Assembly (NCBI GenBank): GCA_030324005.1
Contig: JARDVH010000128.1
Coordinates: 14,374,138-14,438,137, forward strand
DNA length: 64,000 nt
Direction: 5' to 3'
DNA from: Negaprion brevirostris
Lineage: Eukaryota
In this document: piece after piece, positions 50,646 to 63,895 of the stretch
Numbering within the stretch: position 1 is the stretch's first letter
Layout of the letters: every line of letters begins with the position of its first letter
Notes under the pieces: generated by a model
Databases searched by the model: none
Seen by the model: only the letters and a program-made list of their open reading frames with translations
What the model was told of the DNA's origin: nothing
Program-made: the position numbers and the translations under genes

Positions 50646-50949
50646 TGTGGTTAGCACAGCTGCTTCACAGTGCAAGGGGCCCGGGTTCAAGACCCAGCTT
50701 GGGTCACTGTCTTTGTGGAGTGTGCATGTCCTCCCAGCATATGTGTGGGTTTCCTGTGGATGCTCTGGTTTCATCCCACAGTCCAAAGATGTGCGGGTTA
50801 GGTACATTGGCCATGCTAATTTGCTCCTTAGTGTCAGGGGGACGAGCTGTGGTAAACGCATGGGGTTATGGGGATAGGGCCTTTGCTGGGATTGTGGTGG
50901 TTGCAGGCGCAATAGGCTGAATAGTCTTCTGCACGGTGGGAATCTATGA
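50646..50949 (+). mobile_element. HE1-type SINE
   Basis: HE1 head, core and tail inside CR1. Confidence 0.9.
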
Positions 50950-51094
50950 TATCCCATTTTCCGTTTCTTTATCAAGTTTTTAAATCTTCCTTTGCTGAAG
51001 TCTAAAATGTTCCCTATCCTCAGCCTTACAACGTTTTTGGCAACTTTACAAGCCTCTTCCTTTCATCCAGTAGAACCTTTAACTTCTCTTATAT

Positions 51095-51250
51095 GAAAAC
51101 AACACTGTGGATGCTGGAGGTCTGAAATAAAAGCAGAAAGTGCTAAAAACACTCCGCAGGCCTAGCAGCATCTTATAAGAGGAAATAAAGTCAACATTTC
51201 TTGGACCTGTTATGTTTTTTGAGCACTTCCAGTACTTTCTGTTTTTCTTT
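51095..51250. mobile_element. Penelope-like palindromic remnant
   Basis: actgtggatgctggaggtctgaaataaaagcagaaagtgct...ccagtactttctgttttt. Confidence 0.6.
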
Positions 51251-52440
51251 AACTTTCCTTGTGATCAACGGTTGAATCACTGCTCTTGCTGGGTTTTAAT
51301 GCCTCAAAAGACTGTAAATTTGTTGTAAACCCTGTATTAAATTATTTAAATGCTAGCCATTGTCTGTCTACTCTCAAAGCTTTCGATGTAGTTTCCAAAT
51401 CTACCAGAGTTAGTTTGCCCCTCATACCTTCATAGCTTCCTTTAGATGCAAAACCTTAATTTCATATTGCACTATATCACTTTCAAAGTTGATGTAAAAT
51501 TTTATCATTAGGGTCACTCTTTCCGAGGGACTTTTTAATAAGATTATTAATTAGCCCTTTCTCATTGCACAATACTTGATCTAATATAGCCTATTCTCAC
51601 ATAGGTTCCTCCACATAGCATTTTAGAAAATCATACTGTATGCATTCTGGGAATTTGCCCTCTACAGCATTCGCGCTAATTAGGTTCAAGGAGTCTATAT
51701 ATAGATTGAAATCTCCCGCGATTAATGTGTTACCCTTGTTAAATGCACCTGTATTTTCCTGATTTATAGCATGCCCAATATCACAACTTTTGATGGCCTA
51801 TAAACAACTCCTACCAATGGTCCCTGCTCTGTGCTGATTCTAAACTCCACCCAAATTGATTCTACATCTTGATATTCTGAAAGATTCTCTCTCAAATTGC
51901 CTGATTTCACCCTCTACTAACAATGGTACCCCATCTCTTTTTCCTTTCTAAGCGTCGAATACCCTTGAATGTTCATTCCCAGCCTTGGTCATCCCGCAGC
52001 CACAAGCACATGATGCCAATGAGATCATATCTATTTACATCCCTTTGAGTTATCAATCCATTTACCTTGACAAGAATGCTGCGTGCATTCAGATATTATG
52101 TCTTTTCATTATTTTCACAACTTCTATCCTTATCTTCTGGTGCACTTTTAAGTTTGTACACTCATTTTCGATTCCTTTGCACTCTTGTCTTGTCCTCTTT
52201 TTATCACGTCTTCCTTCACTTGGTCTCTTACCCCATTATTTAGTTTAAAGACCTTTCTATCCCCTAGATGTTTAACTTACCAGAACACGCAGCAAGTTCA
52301 CTGAAAGACTTTTCTAATGGTACAGCTCCCACTTTGCCCAGTACTCGTGTCAGTGCCCCTTGAATGAAGACCCATTTCTCCCACACAAATTTTTGAGCCA
52401 TGTATTTAGCTTCCTAACCATTTTTACCCTACTCCAGGTA

Positions 52441-52774
52441 ATCATAGAATCCCTCCAGTGCAGAAAAGGCCATTTAGCCCATTGAATCAGCACCGAATCT
52501 CTAACAGAGCATCTTAACTTGGTCTTCTCCCCTTGCTTGTAACCCCACACCTTTACCATGGCTAATCAATTTAACCTACATCTTGAGACTCTAAGGGGCA
52601 ATTTAACAAGGCCAATCCACCTAACCTGCACATCTTTGGACTGTGGGAAGAAACTGGAGCACCCAGANNNNNNNNNNNNNNAAGAACGTGCAAACTCCAC
52701 ACGCACAGTCACCCAAGGCCAGAATCAAACCTGGGTCCCTGGAACTGTGAGGCAGTAGTGCTAACCACTGTGCC
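52441..52774 (-). mobile_element. HE1-type SINE
   Basis: Reverse complement of HE1. Confidence 0.92.
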
Positions 52775-54343
52775 AGAGATTATTATCTTTGAAGTTCTGC
52801 TTTTCAATTTAGCCTCTAGATACTCATATTTGCTATGCAGAGCCTACTTCTTAGTCCTACCTGTGTCATTGGTACCTACGTGGAACACAGCAATCTGATC
52901 CTCCCCCTCTCACTGTAAATTCCTCTCCAGCCCAAGGATAGATATCCTAGTGTCTGGCACAGGGCCTTCTGGACTCACGTTTGTGGCTACAGAGAACTGT
53001 GTCAATCTCCCTGACTATATTGACCCCTACTATCATTTTATTCCTATAAACTCCCCCTTTTTGAAAAGGTGTTTATACCATGGTGCCAGTTTGCTCATCC
53101 ATCCTGCAGCCCACTTTTTTCCATACAGTCTATATGAGCTGTGAATCTGTTGGACAATTGCCCCTTATATATAAGATATATAAGCCCCAAGATATATAGG
53201 AGATTAGCAGGGTAAATACATGGTGTTATGTGGTAAATCTGGATAAGTTTTGGTTCAGACTCAATGGGCCAAATGGCCTCCTTCAGCATTGTAGGGAATC
53301 TATGATTCTGCAAATTTTTCCTTAGCTCAGTTATGTAGACAATCATGGCAATTATTCTTCTATAGATGAATGACCCATTCATTTATTTTGTGGGGAGGGA
53401 AGAACATTATTCAGGACACGAAAACTTTGTGCTCTGCTTTGAACAAGACCCAGACAGTTTTTCAACATTCTAAACTACTGGAGCAGGCAGATGGAGCCTC
53501 AGTTTAATGTGCCATCTGAAGAATGTCAGTTGTGACAACACATCAATCCCCCACTTCTGTTTCGTCATTATGTGCTAGTGTGGGATTCAAAACCACTAAA
53601 TTGTCTGGGAGAGCAGACTGATTCTACTAACTGCTGCTACCAATTGATTCAGATTACGTGCTGACGTGACTCTGTATGAACAAATTGGATTTAGATGTCA
53701 AAATACACAAAATAAAGTTATCCTGAATTTTTGTCGAAGGGATATAGGGTGAGCGCGGGAGCATTGTGTTGAAGGTTAGCCACAATCATGTTGAATGGCA
53801 GTGCAGACGCGAAGGGCCAAATGATCTCACTTTTGATGTTTCTATGTTTCTATTTACGTGCCAACCAAAAACTGCAACAGTTTCTGAAGTCATCACCTTA
53901 ATGTACACCAAAATCCTCACTGAAACAGTGTTGTACACCGTATTCTTTGCACACTTTGATCAGATGGTGTCAACCATGGCTCAAAGGATGGCCTGTGATA
54001 AGCTGCGCGTTCAAAACCTATTCCAGAAACATGAGCATAAAATCTTGGCTGACACTCCATTGGTCATGGGAAGTACTCAACAAATACACGCTCTTATCCT
54101 TCATACCCGTACAATGGCTTAGGTTATTATAGAATTTGTGGCATTGTTCGCAGATTGATCTAACTTCTGCGAGTTGGTTAAAGCAAAGCCTGTTTACAGT
54201 ACCTATTTTGAATTCAATGTGTTTCCCATTCTCTTGGTCTTGAGCCCCCAGTGAAGCAGCATGTGTTTTCATTATACAAGGGGAGAAAGTGAGGGCAGAT
54301 GAGATTCAGCAGCATTGCAGAAGTTTTGGGAAATCCTCACCAT

Positions 54344-54665
54344 GATTCATAGAATCCCTGCAGTGTTGAAGGAGGCCATTCAGCCCATTGAATCTGCATT
54401 GACCACAATCCCATTCAGGCCCTATAACATCGTGTATTTACTCTGCTACTCTTCCTGACACTTCAGCGGCAATTTAACTTGGCCACTCCACCTAACCTGC
54501 ACATCTTTGGACTGTGGGAAGAAACTGGAGCACCTGGAGGAAACCCACTCAGACACGGGGAGAATGTGCAGACTCCATACAAACAGTGATCCAAGCCGGG
54601 AATTGAACCCGGGCCCCTGGTGCTGAGCGACAGCAGTTGCTGACCACTGTGCTACTGTGCCACCC
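54344..54665 (-). mobile_element. HE1-type SINE
   Basis: Reverse complement of HE1. Confidence 0.92.
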
Positions 54666-56384
54666 CAGTGACATTATCTTGAGCTTTGCATGCCCTAGAC
54701 TTAAGGGTTTGCTGGGAGTTACATTTTCAAAAACATCTGGGTTCATTTTCTTTCAGTGAACAGTCATTTTGGACCTGGTCCGATTCGGTGAAATGTGTTC
54801 TAAGTTTTAGGTTTACTTGCGTGGATGCTCTGTCTTAAAATTGGTCAGCTGGTTATAGTTACCGACAATTACAATGTAGTGTCGCCATCCAGCTAGATTT
54901 TACATTGAAAGCCTGCTTGGAAAACAAACACAAAATAACAACAGACATGTTAGCAACAACAGCCATTTCTTAGAGGCTTCATTCAGGATTCCAACCCAGA
55001 TGTTTCAAATAAAAAAACTGTAGAGAACCAGCTCTTGCTGGCTAGCAATCTGTACTTTAGGTCTATCGAACATAAATCAGTGCAACACCAATTACTGCAA
55101 ATTTTGAAAAGGTTTCCTCTCTCTGATAAATCACTTTCTCCTCTTCATGGGGAAATGAATTGCAAACACATTGCAATGCATTATGTTTGAGCAAGATTTT
55201 GTGATTTTGAATATGACAAAGTTGACGGTGCCATTCAGTAATTCAGCAATTACTACATGATGTCATATTTTTCTAGTCCATCTACTAATCAAATCAATAG
55301 TTTTTTCCATTATTGGAATGTGAGTATCAATAGAAGTTGGCATTTATCCCCCCATCTCTAGTGGTCCGTGGTCCTTGGGACGGTGGTGGTGAACTGCCAC
55401 CATGAACTAATGCCCTCCAAGTTCCCATATCGCTGTTAAGTAGGGAGATCTAGGATTTTAAGCCAGTGTTGACTAAAGCAATGGCAGCGTGAGTTGGAGG
55501 CGATGCAAATGCTCCCATGCATTCGCTGCCTTTGTCCTTCTGGCTGGTAAAAGTTGTTATTGATATTCTTTGTTTTGTTCTTGTTACTTTTCTGTGATTT
55601 ATTTTTAGAGCTTGAATCTGGCAAGATATTAGTTGATCTTTTGGTGATAGGTGATTTCCAGCTCCTGGTAAGGCACTATTATATTACAGGCCAGTTGTAC
55701 TTTACAACTTGCATTGAGACAAAACAGTTTCAGTTTTCATAATGCATACCACATTGTTTTAGTGAAATGTGCAGTTACTCAAAGTTAGGTATAAAAGGTG
55801 ACTGTTTTTCATTGTAATTTCAATTCTTTTCAAGTTAGCCAAGAACTGTTTATCTTATTGAATCTTTACAGTATTAAAATACAGGGAGCATTTGGATCAT
55901 AATGAACCTACCTATGCAGGTGTGTGAAGAATGTTTGTGGAGAGGTCTGGTTTCACCTGTTGGAGAGGGTGGGGACAGCAGAATTGTTTGATGCTCCCTT
56001 GTTCGTCAAAGGCACTGGCCTTGAACCAGAGCTTGTTTTATAGCAGAACTGTTCCGTTTCTATTTCATACCAAAATTAACTGGAATCTCGCTGTTGAACC
56101 ACTTTCAACCTTTTTAATGAGGTTTAGGTCAAACAAGTTTTCACATGCATCGGGGTTATATCCATCCATAAGCCATCAGACATTTGATTGACAGGATTTG
56201 CTTTGGCCACTGAAATGCTCATGGAACCACCGTCACCTCCTGCCTGTTGCCTGATTGTCCACCATCATTCTTGATCATTTAGGATCAGACCTCAGAACTT
56301 TGTTCTGCTGTGTTAGTTCTGGGACTGCTCATCTCTTTCCATAGCTTGTTCTTGGTGTTTACTATGCAGTTAGTGTTGAACATA

Positions 56385-57410
56385 ATATAAGAAATCAGGG
56401 AAGGCTAACAGTCCCTCAAGCCTGCTGTGCCATCGGTAAAATCATGGCTGTTATAATCTTAGCTTCCAACTCCATTTTCCTGCCCGTTTTCCATAAAGCT
56501 TGCCTTCCCGGTAGCTAAAAACAGTCTGCCAATTTCAGCCTCAAAAGCATTCAGTGACAGCCTCCATAGTTCCCTAGGGTAAGAATTAAACAATTTGCAA
56601 CCCTCAAAGAGGAAATCCTTTCCCATTTCCATCTGAAATGGGGTCCCTTATTCTGAAGTTGTGCGCCATAGTTCTAGATTTTGCCAAGAGGGGCAACATC
56701 CCTTAAGCATCTGCCCTGTCAAGCCCCTTCAATGCAAGATAACGTCTCATTTTCCTAAACTGCCATGGGTATAGGCCTAAACTGTTCCACCTTTCCTCAC
56801 AAGAGAACTCCTTCACCCCAGGAATCAACCTGGTGAACCTCCTCTGAATGACTTCTAGTGCAGTTGTATCCTCGCTTAAACAAGACCAAAACTATATGCA
56901 GTACTCTAAGTGTGGTCTCCCTAATGCCTTGTACATTCATAGGAAAGCTTCCTTTTTCTTAAAACGCCACCTTTTGCAATAAAGGCCAATGTTTGATTTG
57001 CTGCTCCAATTAATTATACCTGCATATTAACTTATTGTGATTCATGCACAAGGGCATCCAGATCCCTCTGTCCCATAGCATTTTGTAGTCTCTCTCCACT
57101 TAAATATTTAACTTTTCTACTTTTTCTACTAAAGTAGACAATGTCACATCGTCCCACATTATACTCCATCTGTCAGTTGTTTTCCACTCACTTAATCTAT
57201 CTATGTGCCTTTGCAGGTTCTTTATATCTTCCACTTGCTTTTGACAGCAAATTTGGCCACAATTTGTCCTTTCATCCAAGTCATTACTATAGGTCATAAA
57301 TAGCTGAGATCTCAGCACTAACCCCAATGACATAGCGTTAGTAACAATTCGCCAACCTGGAATTGACTCATTTGTCCTGGTCTTGTTTTCTGTTTGTTAG
57401 CGAACAATCT
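56385..57410 (-). mobile_element. CR1 LINE 3' part
   Basis: Minus-strand LGLVLRSQLFMTYSNDLDE..LQRHIDRLSEW and reversed CR1 tail at the left end. Confidence 0.88.
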
Positions 57411-57510
57411 NNNNNNNNNNNNNNNNNNNNNNNNNNNNNNNNNNNNNNNNNNNNNNNNNNNNNNNNNNNNNNNNNNNNNNNNNNNNNNNNNNNNNNNNNN
57501 NNNNNNNNNN

Positions 57511-57790
57511 AATGTGCCAGTCTGCAACACTCAGTCGAGGACAGTTCTTTCAACTGGAAGATCAGCAAGTTTCGGATGGACCAAAGTGCGTCCTTCACCG
57601 AGTTGATGACCTTCCAGCAGCAGCTGACATTTGTCTCAGTGTGCATCCCCAGAAACAGCCCGTAGAGCGCAGAGTCCTGCGTCACTGAGCTGCTCGGGAC
57701 GAACCTTGACAAATACTACTGCATCTCACTCCAGACCTTCTTTGCAAAGGCACATTCCACAAGGAGGTGTGCGACCGTCTCATCAACTAT
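57511..57790 (-). mobile_element. L1/Tx1-clade LINE ORF2 C-terminal fragment
   Basis: Minus strand: HLLVECAFAKKVWSEMQ..SRFVPSSSVTQDSALYGLF..VKDALWSIRNLLIF, matching the zf-RVT and W..RN motif of Tx1/L1. Confidence 0.8.
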
Positions 57791-59189
57791 TAATATATTA
57801 TACCACCCCCCCACCTCCCACCAACCTTTATAAATACATACATATGCACAATGGGCTCTTACCCTGTGCAGTAACCTTTTATGTATCATCTAACTGAATG
57901 CTTTTTGGAAATTCAGATGTATTATACCTCCTTATTATTTCTTGCTGTCCTAGCGTGTACCTGTGGTTAAGGGGACTATATATTACCCCCAGCCATAGTG
58001 TCATTATGGCAAAGAAGGAGGCCATTTAGCCTATCAACTTATTGCTGGCTTCACANNNNNNNNNNNNNNNNNNNNNNNNNNNNNNNNNNNNNNNNNNNNN
58101 NNNNNNNNNNNNNNNNNNNNNNNNNCATCCATTTGCCTTTTGAAAATCAATGATTATCTTTGATTCACCATTTGGTGACGGTGTTTAATGATCAAAGCAG
58201 GAATCAGGGAAAGACTTCTTTTCTGAAAGGACTATAAAATTTAAATATAGCATTTCATTGTATGCTTAATTTTACTGTGTTAACTACAAGTATACTTTAG
58301 AAGTAGTGAAAAACTTTGTCCACTAATGCAATTTTTATTGCTTTTATTTACTTGAAATCGACATTACACTTTATCATTACTTTTCTCACTCTGTTTCTCT
58401 GCTCAGTCTCTCGCAATCTTCTAGTATCAATCCTTTTTTCCATGTCTCACATTGCCTTTCATATTCTGCAATTCATTTCATTTTCTTCTGTCTTTCATTC
58501 TCTCTCATATGTCCTTTCTGCATTTACTTTTGTCTTCCACTTCTGTCATACCCTGCAGCAATTTCTCTGGAAAATTGTTGGTAATTTTATGTCAAGGCAA
58601 CAATGTAAGGCATGGAGCTTGGGCAGTTTCAGATTGGTTCAAAGATATGGGAGTGTAAATATTACACTGGAACAGCAGGTGGAACTTCAATAGGAAGAAC
58701 TTAATCCAACATCTATCTGTTCGTTTGCTTAGCCTGGCCATAGTTGAGCTGATATAGAGTACTGAAGTGAAAAAAATCAAGAAATTTGTACTTCATAATT
58801 TGTTCTTAGGTTTTTGAAAGAAAGTTCACAAATTGACAGAGTACTCCCAAGTTTTCATATGAAGCCAGTTCATTATTTTACTGTTACCACAATATTGAAA
58901 CATTTAGCTTCCACTAGAACAAGGTAAAGCACAGAGCTCAAATCGACAATAAAATGCAAAAGGCACGATCTTTTTATAACTGTCATGATTCCATCACTGC
59001 AGTGATTCCTTCCCTTACTTAGTCATTTAAAAAGAGCAAACTCTTCAGTCATTATCCTCCTCAAATTTAGATGCAGAAATGACGAATAAGATTAAATTGG
59101 GTCAGTTCTTTATAATTTCCAAGACAGATAACTAATTACAGTACCTTGTGGGAGGTAAAGTCTAACAGTAAGTTTAACAGTAAATTGAA

Positions 59190-59370
59190 AGCACATTACT
59201 GTGGATGCTGGAATCTGAAACAGAAAATGCTGGAAAATCTCAGCAGATCTGACAGCACCTGTGGAGAGAGAATAGAGCTAACATTTTAAGTCAGTTCTGA
59301 CAAAGGGTCATCCAGGCTCAATGCTAATTCAGTTCTCTCTCCGTAGATGCTGTCAGACCTGCTGAGATTT
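59190..59370. mobile_element. Penelope-like palindromic element
   Basis: Inverted arms aaatctcagcagatctgacagcacctgtggagagagaa / ttctctctccgtagatgctgtcagacctgctgagattt around a degenerate ctgacaaagggtcatccaggctc. Confidence 0.75.
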
Positions 59371-61720
59371 AGGCCATCAAGCCCCTGGAGCCTGCTAAGC
59401 TGTTTGATAAGATCATAGCCGAAGTGATTGTGTCCTCAGCTTCACCTACCTAACAATTGCCCATAACCTTTAACTCCCCCGTCAATCAAAAATCTATCCA
59501 ACTCAGTTTTGAATATCTTCAATGTCCCAGCCTCTACTGGTCTCTGGGAAAGGGAATTCCACTGGCCGTCAACCCTCTGAGGGAAAAAAAGTAATTTCAG
59601 TCTTAAATAGGAAACTCCTAAGGTTTAGACTGTGCCCCATAGTTTGAGATTTCCCCACAAAGGGAGACATCCTCTCAACGAACACCCTGTCAAGTTTCCT
59701 CAAGATCCTAAAAATTTCAATAAGACCTCCTTTTATTCTTCCAAACTCCAATGGGTTCATAGGCCCAACCTTTCCTTACAAGCTAACCCTTCATCCCAAG
59801 AATCAGCTGAGTGACTGTTCTCTCAATTGCCTCAATGCAACAGTATTTTTTCTTAAGTTAGGAGACCAAAACTGCGCACACTACACAAGATGCTGTCTTT
59901 CCCTGTATATCCCTACTTTTATACTCAATTTCCCTTGCAAGAAATGCTAACATTTCATTTGTTTTTCACATCACAATGCTGTACGTGCACATTAATCTTT
60001 TTGTGATTCATGTACAAGATCCCTTTCTACCATGGAGCCCTGCATTCTCATTTAAACAATATACTGTTTTTCTTTATTCCTTACAAAGTGGACAAGTTCA
60101 TATTTTGTCACATTAGACTCCACCTGCCAAATTTTACCAACACACTTAGCTAAATCAGTTTGTAGACTCTTTACCTTCTCATGATAACTTACTCTCCCAC
60201 ATATTTATGTCATCAACTACCACCTGATTCCTTCGTTCAAGCCATTGATACAGATTACAAATAGTTGAAGCCACAGCATTGATCCCTGTGGTGCTTGACT
60301 TGTTGCAGCATGCCAATCCAAAAAAAATGACCCATTTATCCCTACCCAATCCTCTAACCAATCAATCCTCTATCCATGCTAATATGTTACTTTTCTTTTA
60401 CTTGTTNNNNNNNNNNNNNNNNNNNNNNNNNNNNNNNNNNNNNNNNNNNNNNNNNNNNNNNNNNNNNNNNNNNNNNNNNNGTAGACCAGACTGGGTAAGG
60501 ACAGCAGATTTCCTTTCTTAAACTAAATTAGTGAACTAACTGGGTTTTTCTGACAATTGACAATGGTTTCATGGTCATCAGTAAATTCCTAATTCCAGAT
60601 ACTTCTTATTGAATTTAAATTCCACCATCTACCATGGCAAGAATCAAACCTGGATCCCCAGAACATTAGCCGAGTTTCTGGATTAATAGTCTAGCAATAA
60701 TACTACTAGGCCATCAACGCCACGGCCTTCTATAGCATGAACTCTTATTTGTGTAGTAGGCTTTGACATGGCACCTTTTCAAATGCATTTTGGAAATCCA
60801 TGTACACTGCACCTTTATCCAAACTTGCTTGATACATCCTCAATGAACTCTAATGAATTAACCAAACCTAATTCCCTTTTTACAAAACTATGTTGACTAT
60901 GCTTGATTTCATTATGATTTTCCAAATGTCTGGCTATTATCTCATTAACAATGGATTCTAACATTTCCCCTATGACAGATGTTTGGCTAACTGACCTGAG
61001 GTTTCCTGCTTTCTGTCTCCATCCTTTTTTGAATAATGGCGTTCTACTTGCGATTTTCCAATCTGTTGGGNNNNNNNNCAAACTTAGGAAATTTTAGAAG
61101 CTCACAACCAATGCATCCACCATCTCTCCATTTTTTCTAGGGCCTGAAGATGCAAGTCAGTGTAGTCCAAGGAACTTGTCAGTTTTTAGTTCTAATGGTT
61201 TTTCCATTGCCTTTTCCCTAGTGAGCGTAATTGTTTTAAGTTTTTAAGCCCTTTAACCTGTTGATTTTCTTGGGATGTTTTTCCGAAGACAGACAGAAAA
61301 TATCTGTTTGACGCTTCTGCCATTTCTTTGTTGCCCATTATTAACTTCTCAATCCTCTCTCTTAGGAATAAACACTCAGTTTAATGAAACTGTTCGTCCT
61401 TAAATATTTACAGAAGTTCTTATATATTTTTATTGACTGGGTTCTCCCACCACCTACGAGTTTTCTCACAGCAGAGGTGGTTCACCGCCGGCGGCCAATG
61501 ACGAGCCATCTTCACTGAGAGAGAGCCGCTGGGGTGGGTGGGGGAGGAAAACCTGGAGAGTTCCACCCCATAGTTTTAGCTAGCGTTTCCTCAGCCTCTA
61601 AATTCTTCCTCATTATTCTGTAAGTCATTCTTCGTTGATTTCTGAAATCTGTAGAATCTTCTAATCTTATCACTAATCTTTGCTGTACCTTCTATGTAAC
61701 TGTCATTAATGTTAATAGGT
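59370..61720 (-). mobile_element. CR1 LINE, long decayed fragment with insertions
   Basis: Minus-strand ORFs DWKIASRTPLFKKG..AGNLRSVSQTSVIGEMLESI..SQHSFVK and LEFGRIKGGLIEIFRILR. Confidence 0.9.
60481..60718 (-). mobile_element. Third tRNA-like SINE family inserted in CR1
   Basis: Minus strand begins gatggcctagtagtatt (A-box-like), has ccaggtttgattcttgcc (B-box-like), then ttcactaat...aaggaaatctgctgtccttacccagtctggtctac. Confidence 0.6.
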
Positions 61721-61824
61721 TTTAAATTGTAATGCAATTTGTCCAGTTCATTATTTTATGCCATATACTATTCTCTAGCTAATAGAGCGGCCAGATAGCC
61801 TGCTTGCACGCCTCTGGTAAGTAC

Positions 61825-62357
61825 TAAAAAGCAAAATACTGCGGATGCTGGAATCTGAAACAAAANNNNNNNNNNNNNNNNNNNNNNNNNNNNNNNNNNN
61901 NNNNNNNNNNNNNNNNNNNNNNNNNNNNNNNNNNNNNNNNNNNNNNNNNNNNNNNNNNNNNNNNNNNNNNNNNNNNNNNNNNNNNNNNNNNNNNNNNNNN
62001 NNNNNNNNNNNNNNNNNNNNNNNNNNNNNNNNNNNNNNNNNNNNNNNNNNNNNNNNNNNNNNNNNNNNNNNNNNNNNNNNNNNNNNNNNNNNNNNNNNNN
62101 NNNNNNNNNNNNNNNNNNNNNNNNNNNNNNNNNNNNNNNNNNNNNNNNNNNNNNNNNNNNNNNNNNNNNNNNNNNNNNNNNNNNNNNNNNNNNNNNNNNN
62201 NNAAGTGAGAATGAGGGATGATAAAGGTGGATGAATGAGATGAAAAAAAGAAATGAAATAAAATAAACTAAAATGAGGTGAAGGTGGGGGTTGGGTGGGT
62301 TCATGCTCTAAACTTATTGAACTCAATGTTCAGTCCAGATGGCAGTAAAGTGCTTAT
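61825..62357 (-). mobile_element. Penelope-like element 3' fragment (ORF C-terminus plus terminal repeat, N-gap inside)
   Basis: Minus strand 62302-62355 encodes STLLPSGLNIEFNKFRA* (TLxPxGLN end of the PLE GIY-YIG ORF). The left end is the aaaagcaaaatactgcggatgctggaatctgaaa terminus. Confidence 0.75.
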
Positions 62358-62364
62358 GTCTTCC

Positions 62365-63020
62365 TAGGTGGTAGAGTTTGGAAGGGATTGTTGAATGAGC
62401 GTGGATGAGTTGCTGCTGTGCATCTTGTCAATGGTGCACTGCTGATACTTAAGGGAGTGAATGTTTAAGGTGGTGAATTGGGTGCCGATTAAGTGGACAG
62501 CTTTGTCTTGGGTGGTGTTGAGCTTCATGAACGCTGTTGAAACTGCACTCGTCCAGGCAAATGGAGAGTATTCCATTACACTCCTGACTTGTGTCTTGTA
62601 GGTGGTGGACAACCTTTGGGGAATCAGAATTCCCAAGCTTGTAGCTGGTTCCTTGATGCCTCACACAGTCATATGCTGCTTGATGTCAAGGGCAGCACCC
62701 TCATTTCACATCATAAATTCAGTTCTTTTGTCCATGTTTGGACCAAGGCTGCAATGAAGTCAAGAACCAAGCAGAACCCAAACTCAACAGGTTATTGTTG
62801 AGTCAGTACCTCAAAATAGCACTATTGACAGCACCTTCCATCACTTTGTTGATGGTCTAAAGGCTGCTGATGCAGCTGGTACCAAATTTTTAGATATGTC
62901 TGATGCTGCTGCTAGCATGTCTTCCTGCATTCTTCACTGAACGAGGGTTGATCCCTTGGCTTGGTGATAATGGTAGATTGAGGCATATCCAGGCCATGGA
63001 GCTATAGAGTGTGGCTGAAA
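62365..63020 (-). mobile_element. Second LINE family fragment
   Basis: PQRLSTTYKTQVRSVMEYSPFAW..QDKAVHLIGT. Confidence 0.85.
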
Positions 63021-63578
63021 TTGTTAATTTACAATGTGTTGAATTGTGTGACTGAATATAATGAGCCTAATGTAGAATGTTGTTGAGTTGGTTTTGTGCC
63101 TGCACGCCCAAATGACTGAAGTACTGATCCATGCACGGTGCCCAAGGTCAACTTTATTTCCCAGTTAGATTCTGGCCTGTGCCCTGGACCTTGTGATTGA
63201 GGAGGTGGTAGCTGGGATTGGGGGAGCAGTAGAGAGCAAGGATCAGATAGTAGCTACCGCTACAGAAGATGGATGGCTGAAGTAATTTAAAGGACAAAAC
63301 ACCTCAAAGAGTAAAATAATTCCTTTACCAATACAAGATGATTGTGGAGTGCTGCCTTTAACAGCTCTTGCATTTAGAAGGTAACAATGATTGGATATAT
63401 CCTGCTTAAACATTATTTTCACATTTCCAATTTGTCCACCACACATGCTGGACACTTCTGATGTATGAGGGGTAGTGACAATGAAAATTTTTATGGCATT
63501 TGATTAAGCAACAATCTTGTGGAATGTGTCCAAGCCCAATTTTCTACACCTGTCCATTCAAGTGACACTGGGAAATTG

Positions 63579-63895
63579 GACGGCATGGTGGCACAGTGCT
63601 TAGCACTGCTGCCTCACAGCGCCAGGGACCTGGTTCAATTCTGGCCTTGGGTCACTGTCTATGTGGAGTTTGCAGGTTCCCCCCATGTCTGCGTGTGTTT
63701 CCTCCATGTGCTCTGGTTTCCTCCCACAGTCCAAAGATGTGCATGTTAGGTTTATTGGCCATGATAAATTTACCCTAGTGTTAAGGAATTAGTAGAGTTA
63801 ATATGTGGGGTTACAGGAATAGGGCCTGGCTCGGATTGTGGTCGGTGCAGACTCAGTGGGCCGAATGGAGTCCTTCTGCACTGTGGAATTCTATG
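63579..63895 (+). mobile_element. HE1-type SINE
   Basis: HE1 head, core and tail. Confidence 0.92.

Larger units (their letters stand above)
47880..53150 (-). mobile_element. Long decayed CR1 LINE sequence (ORF1 esterase region through ORF2 3' end) fragmented by nested insertions
   Basis: 3' end at 47880-48430, RT start at ~49790-49910, and CR1-like sequence to ~52440. Minus strand at ~52860-52907 reads GEDQIAVFHVGTNDTG (SGNH esterase motif of CR1 ORF1). May be more than one copy. Confidence 0.75.

Noticed and set aside
61768-62326. Longest ORFs in the track (178-183 aa)
   Set aside because: Mostly N-gap translated as X.
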